Source: an uncultured Nitrospiraceae bacterium (lineage in GTDB: Bacteria; Nitrospirota; Thermodesulfovibrionia; Thermodesulfovibrionales; Dissulfurispiraceae). Taken from it: 64,000 bases of DNA. The stretch lies in contig CAVPIW010000007.1 of NCBI GenBank assembly GCA_963705105.1, positions 32,001-96,000 of the forward strand, in the 5' to 3' direction. The notes beneath the pieces were generated by a model. The model saw only the letters and a program-made list of their open reading frames with translations, searched no databases and was not told where the DNA came from. This document shows positions 61,634 to 64,000 of this stretch, piece after piece. Every line of letters starts with the position of its first letter. The first letter of the stretch is position 1. The position numbers were made by a program, and so were the translations under genes.

Positions 61634-62057
61634 CTATTAATCGCTCCGTTGAATACCTGGTCGGACTAGTGAGAGAGCTGTGCAAGCTTCCTAACGAGAC
61701 GGAATGGGTGACAGGGTACCTTACATGATATCATTAAATTACAGAACGTTATCTGTCAGGCAGGTACTTGATGGGTACTTGATGGAAACCGGGGTAAAGC
61801 CGATGCCAGCGAAGGGTTCTTTCAGCAACTCGTTAACATTGAAGAACCGCAAATTAACAATGGCGCTTCGACGTAAGGAAGGATTTTCATAACGATATCA
61901 AGGCAATAGCCTTTGTTAAAAATGGAGCGACGGCAGGTTGTCTAACAAAGAAAAACAAAGAGGGCATTCCGGGGTGCTCCGGACGACAAAGCATGTTCGA
62001 CTCCATTGATGAGACACCGCCCGGAAGCTGATAAAACATGTCCCGTTTGGGGCGTAA
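61630..62057 (+). pseudogene. Remnant of an AlbA_2(Schlafen)/ATP-binding regulator-like gene
   Basis: MTINRSVEYLVGLVRELCKLPNETEWV breaks off just before the expected EFK; C-terminal-like RKLIKHVPFGA* ends at 62057. Confidence 0.6.
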
Positions 62058-62171
62058 GTTTTACTTGATGGGCACTTGATAAACCGACCGTTGTTATGGC
62101 GATCTTGGATCATAACAGACTGATTATGAATGCTTCTTATTGCATGAAGATACTTGATGGGTATTTGATGG
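61765..62171 (+). repeat. Three copies of the tandem dyad TACTTGATGGG-TACTTGATGG
   Basis: Copies at 61765-61785, 62062-62080 and 62151-62171. Confidence 0.85.
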
Positions 62172-62181
62172 ACGAGATCAA

Positions 62182-64000
62182 ATGAGCACAGACACATCAG
62201 AACGCGGCCTCGAAAGGCTGATCTGTACGGCGATGACGGGTGCGCCCTGTGATCCGGGCGCAGGACCAGCCGACGTGATACACGAACGTCCGGCGGCCTA
62301 CGGGTCGGGCTGGATCTGCGGCGTTTCCGGGGACTATGACCGCGAGTATTGTCTTGATTTGGCTCAGCTCGCCGCCTTTCTGCGGATAACACAGCCGGAG
62401 GTTGCCGACGCTCTCGACCTTGGTCAGGACGGCCCGACGCGGCGTAAGTTTCTTGCCCGCCTGCAGGGCGAGATCAGCAAGCGCGGTACCATCGACGTGC
62501 TGCGTCACGGGATCAAGCACGGGCCGCACCACATCGACCTCTTCTACGCCACGCCCTCGCCGGGCAATGAGAAAGCGCAGGAGCGCTACGCGGCCAACCG
62601 TTTCAGCGTCACGCGCCAGCTCCGGTACAGCCGCGACGAGACGCAGCTCGCGCTCGACCTGGGGCTCTTCATCAACGGCCTGCCGATCGCTACCTTCGAG
62701 TTGAAGAACAGCCTGACCAAGCAGACCGTCGAGGACGCCATTCAGCAGTACAAGAGGGACCGTGATCCACGGGAGAAACTCTTCGAGTTCGGCCGCTGCG
62801 TCGTCCATTTTGCCGTGGATGATCACGAAGTACGCTTCTGCACGCACCTCAAGGGTAGGGCCTCGTGGTTCCTGCCGTTCAACCAAGGCTGGAACGACGG
62901 CGCGGGAAACCCGCCCAACCCCAACGGCCTCAAGACCGACTACCTGTGGAGGCGCATCCTCACCCGCGAGGGGCTGACGGACATCCTCGAAAACTATGCC
63001 CAGGTCGTCGAAACAAAGGACGAGAAGACCGGGCGGAAGAAGCCGGTGCAAATCTGGCCGCGCTTCCACCAACTCGACGTGGTGCGCAAGCTGCTCGCCG
63101 ACGCAGCACGGCACGGTGTGGGTCGCCGGTACCTGATTCAGCACTCGGCAGGAAGCGGAAAGTCTAACTCAATCGCCTGGCTTGCCCACCAGTTGATCGG
63201 CCTGCGGAAAGACGAAGCAACGGTTTTCGATTCGATCATCGTCGTCACCGACCGGCGCATCCTCGACCAGCAGATCCAGGCCACCATCAAGCAGTTCGCA
63301 CAGGTGGGCGCAACCGTAGGCCACGCCGAGCACTCAGGAGACCTGCGCAGGTTCATTGCCGAGGGCAAGAAGATCATCATCTCGACGGTACAGAAGTTCC
63401 CCTTCATCCTTGACGAGATCGGGAGCGAACACCGGGGGCGGCGCTTCGCCATCGTCATCGACGAGGCCCATTCGAGCCAGGGCGGGCGCACGTCAGCCGC
63501 CGTGTCGATGGCGCTCTCGACGGGAGGTGTCGAGGAGGACGATGAGACGATCGAGGACAAGATCAACCGGCTGATGGAGGCCAAGAAGCTCCTGCCCAAT
63601 GCGAGCTACTTCGCCTTCACTGCGACGCCCAAAAACAAGACCCTGGAGATCTTCGGCGAGCCCTTCCCTGAAGGCGACAAGATCAAGCACCTGCCGTTCC
63701 ACAGCTATACCATGAAGCAGGCGATACAGGAGGGTTTCATCCTCGACGTACTGACTCATTACACGCCCGTGGAGAGTTACTACAGGCTGGTCAAGAAGAT
63801 CGAGGGAGACCCGGAATTTGACACGAAGCGGGCGAGGAAGAAGCTGCGGCGCTATGTCGAGAGCCACGATCACGCTATACGGCTGAAGGCCGAGATCATG
63901 GTAGACCATTTCCACGAGCAGGTGGTGGCGCTGAACAAGATCGGCGGCCAGGCGCGGGCAATGGTGGTGACGAGCGGCATTGAGCGCGCCATCCAGTACT
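62182..64000 (+). CDS. hsdR: Type I R-M restriction subunit (3'-truncated by window edge; absent from ORF track)
   Basis: MSTDTSERGLE..., FELKN nuclease motif, QHSAGSGKS, DEAH, FTATP. Confidence 0.95.
   Translation, partial: MSTDTSERGLERLICTAMTGAPCDPGAGPADVIHERPAAYGSGWICGVSGDYDREYCLDLAQLAAFLRITQPEVADALDLGQDGPTRRKFLARLQGEISKRGTIDVLRHGIKHGPHHIDLFYATPSPGNEKAQERYAANRFSVTRQLRYSRDETQLALDLGLFINGLPIATFELKNSLTKQTVEDAIQQYKRDRDPREKLFEFGRCVVHFAVDDHEVRFCTHLKGRASWFLPFNQGWNDGAGNPPNPNGLKTDYLWRRILTREGLTDILENYAQVVETKDEKTGRKKPVQIWPRFHQLDVVRKLLADAARHGVGRRYLIQHSAGSGKSNSIAWLAHQLIGLRKDEATVFDSIIVVTDRRILDQQIQATIKQFAQVGATVGHAEHSGDLRRFIAEGKKIIISTVQKFPFILDEIGSEHRGRRFAIVIDEAHSSQGGRTSAAVSMALSTGGVEEDDETIEDKINRLMEAKKLLPNASYFAFTATPKNKTLEIFGEPFPEGDKIKHLPFHSYTMKQAIQEGFILDVLTHYTPVESYYRLVKKIEGDPEFDTKRARKKLRRYVESHDHAIRLKAEIMVDHFHEQVVALNKIGGQARAMVVTSGIERAIQY

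Noticed and set aside
61704..61892. 62-aa ORF between hsdS and hsdR
   Set aside because: No RBS or motif; overlaps the remnant and the repeat dyad

Overview
GC-rich chromosome of an anaerobic bacterium, probably Nitrospirota (Thermodesulfovibrionia-like); the taxonomy is inferred, not searched. Bases 1-44.3 kb are core genome: guaB-guaA-ispA-dxs, hisG, a complete Wood-Ljungdahl carbonyl-branch cluster (cooC/acsF-acsE-acsD-acsC-acsB-cooS), the str-S10-spc-alpha ribosomal superoperon (no rpmD or adk in place), tig-clpP-clpX, dciA, rpmB and infB-rbfA-DHH. The intergenic spacers carry three dispersed repeat families: a 214-bp MITE (three full copies, each with a 2-bp target duplication), hexamer arrays (CACTGA/CACTCA/CACTGT) and a GTCATTCC...GGAATGAC palindrome. 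From about 44.3 kb the DNA is accessory. It holds three toxin-antitoxin-like modules, a displaced tRNA-Val(CAC) 3' half (att site), a 2531-aa teneurin-like PKD/NHL/YD-RHS protein with a candidate sigma-54 promoter and no adjacent immunity gene, gene remnants, and a type I restriction-modification locus (hsdM-fic-hsdS-remnant-hsdR) that runs off the window. The strongest novelty candidate is an unannotated small membrane ORF coupled to rplQ. Its in-frame UGA is followed by a SECIS-like hairpin, so it may be a 44-aa selenoprotein.
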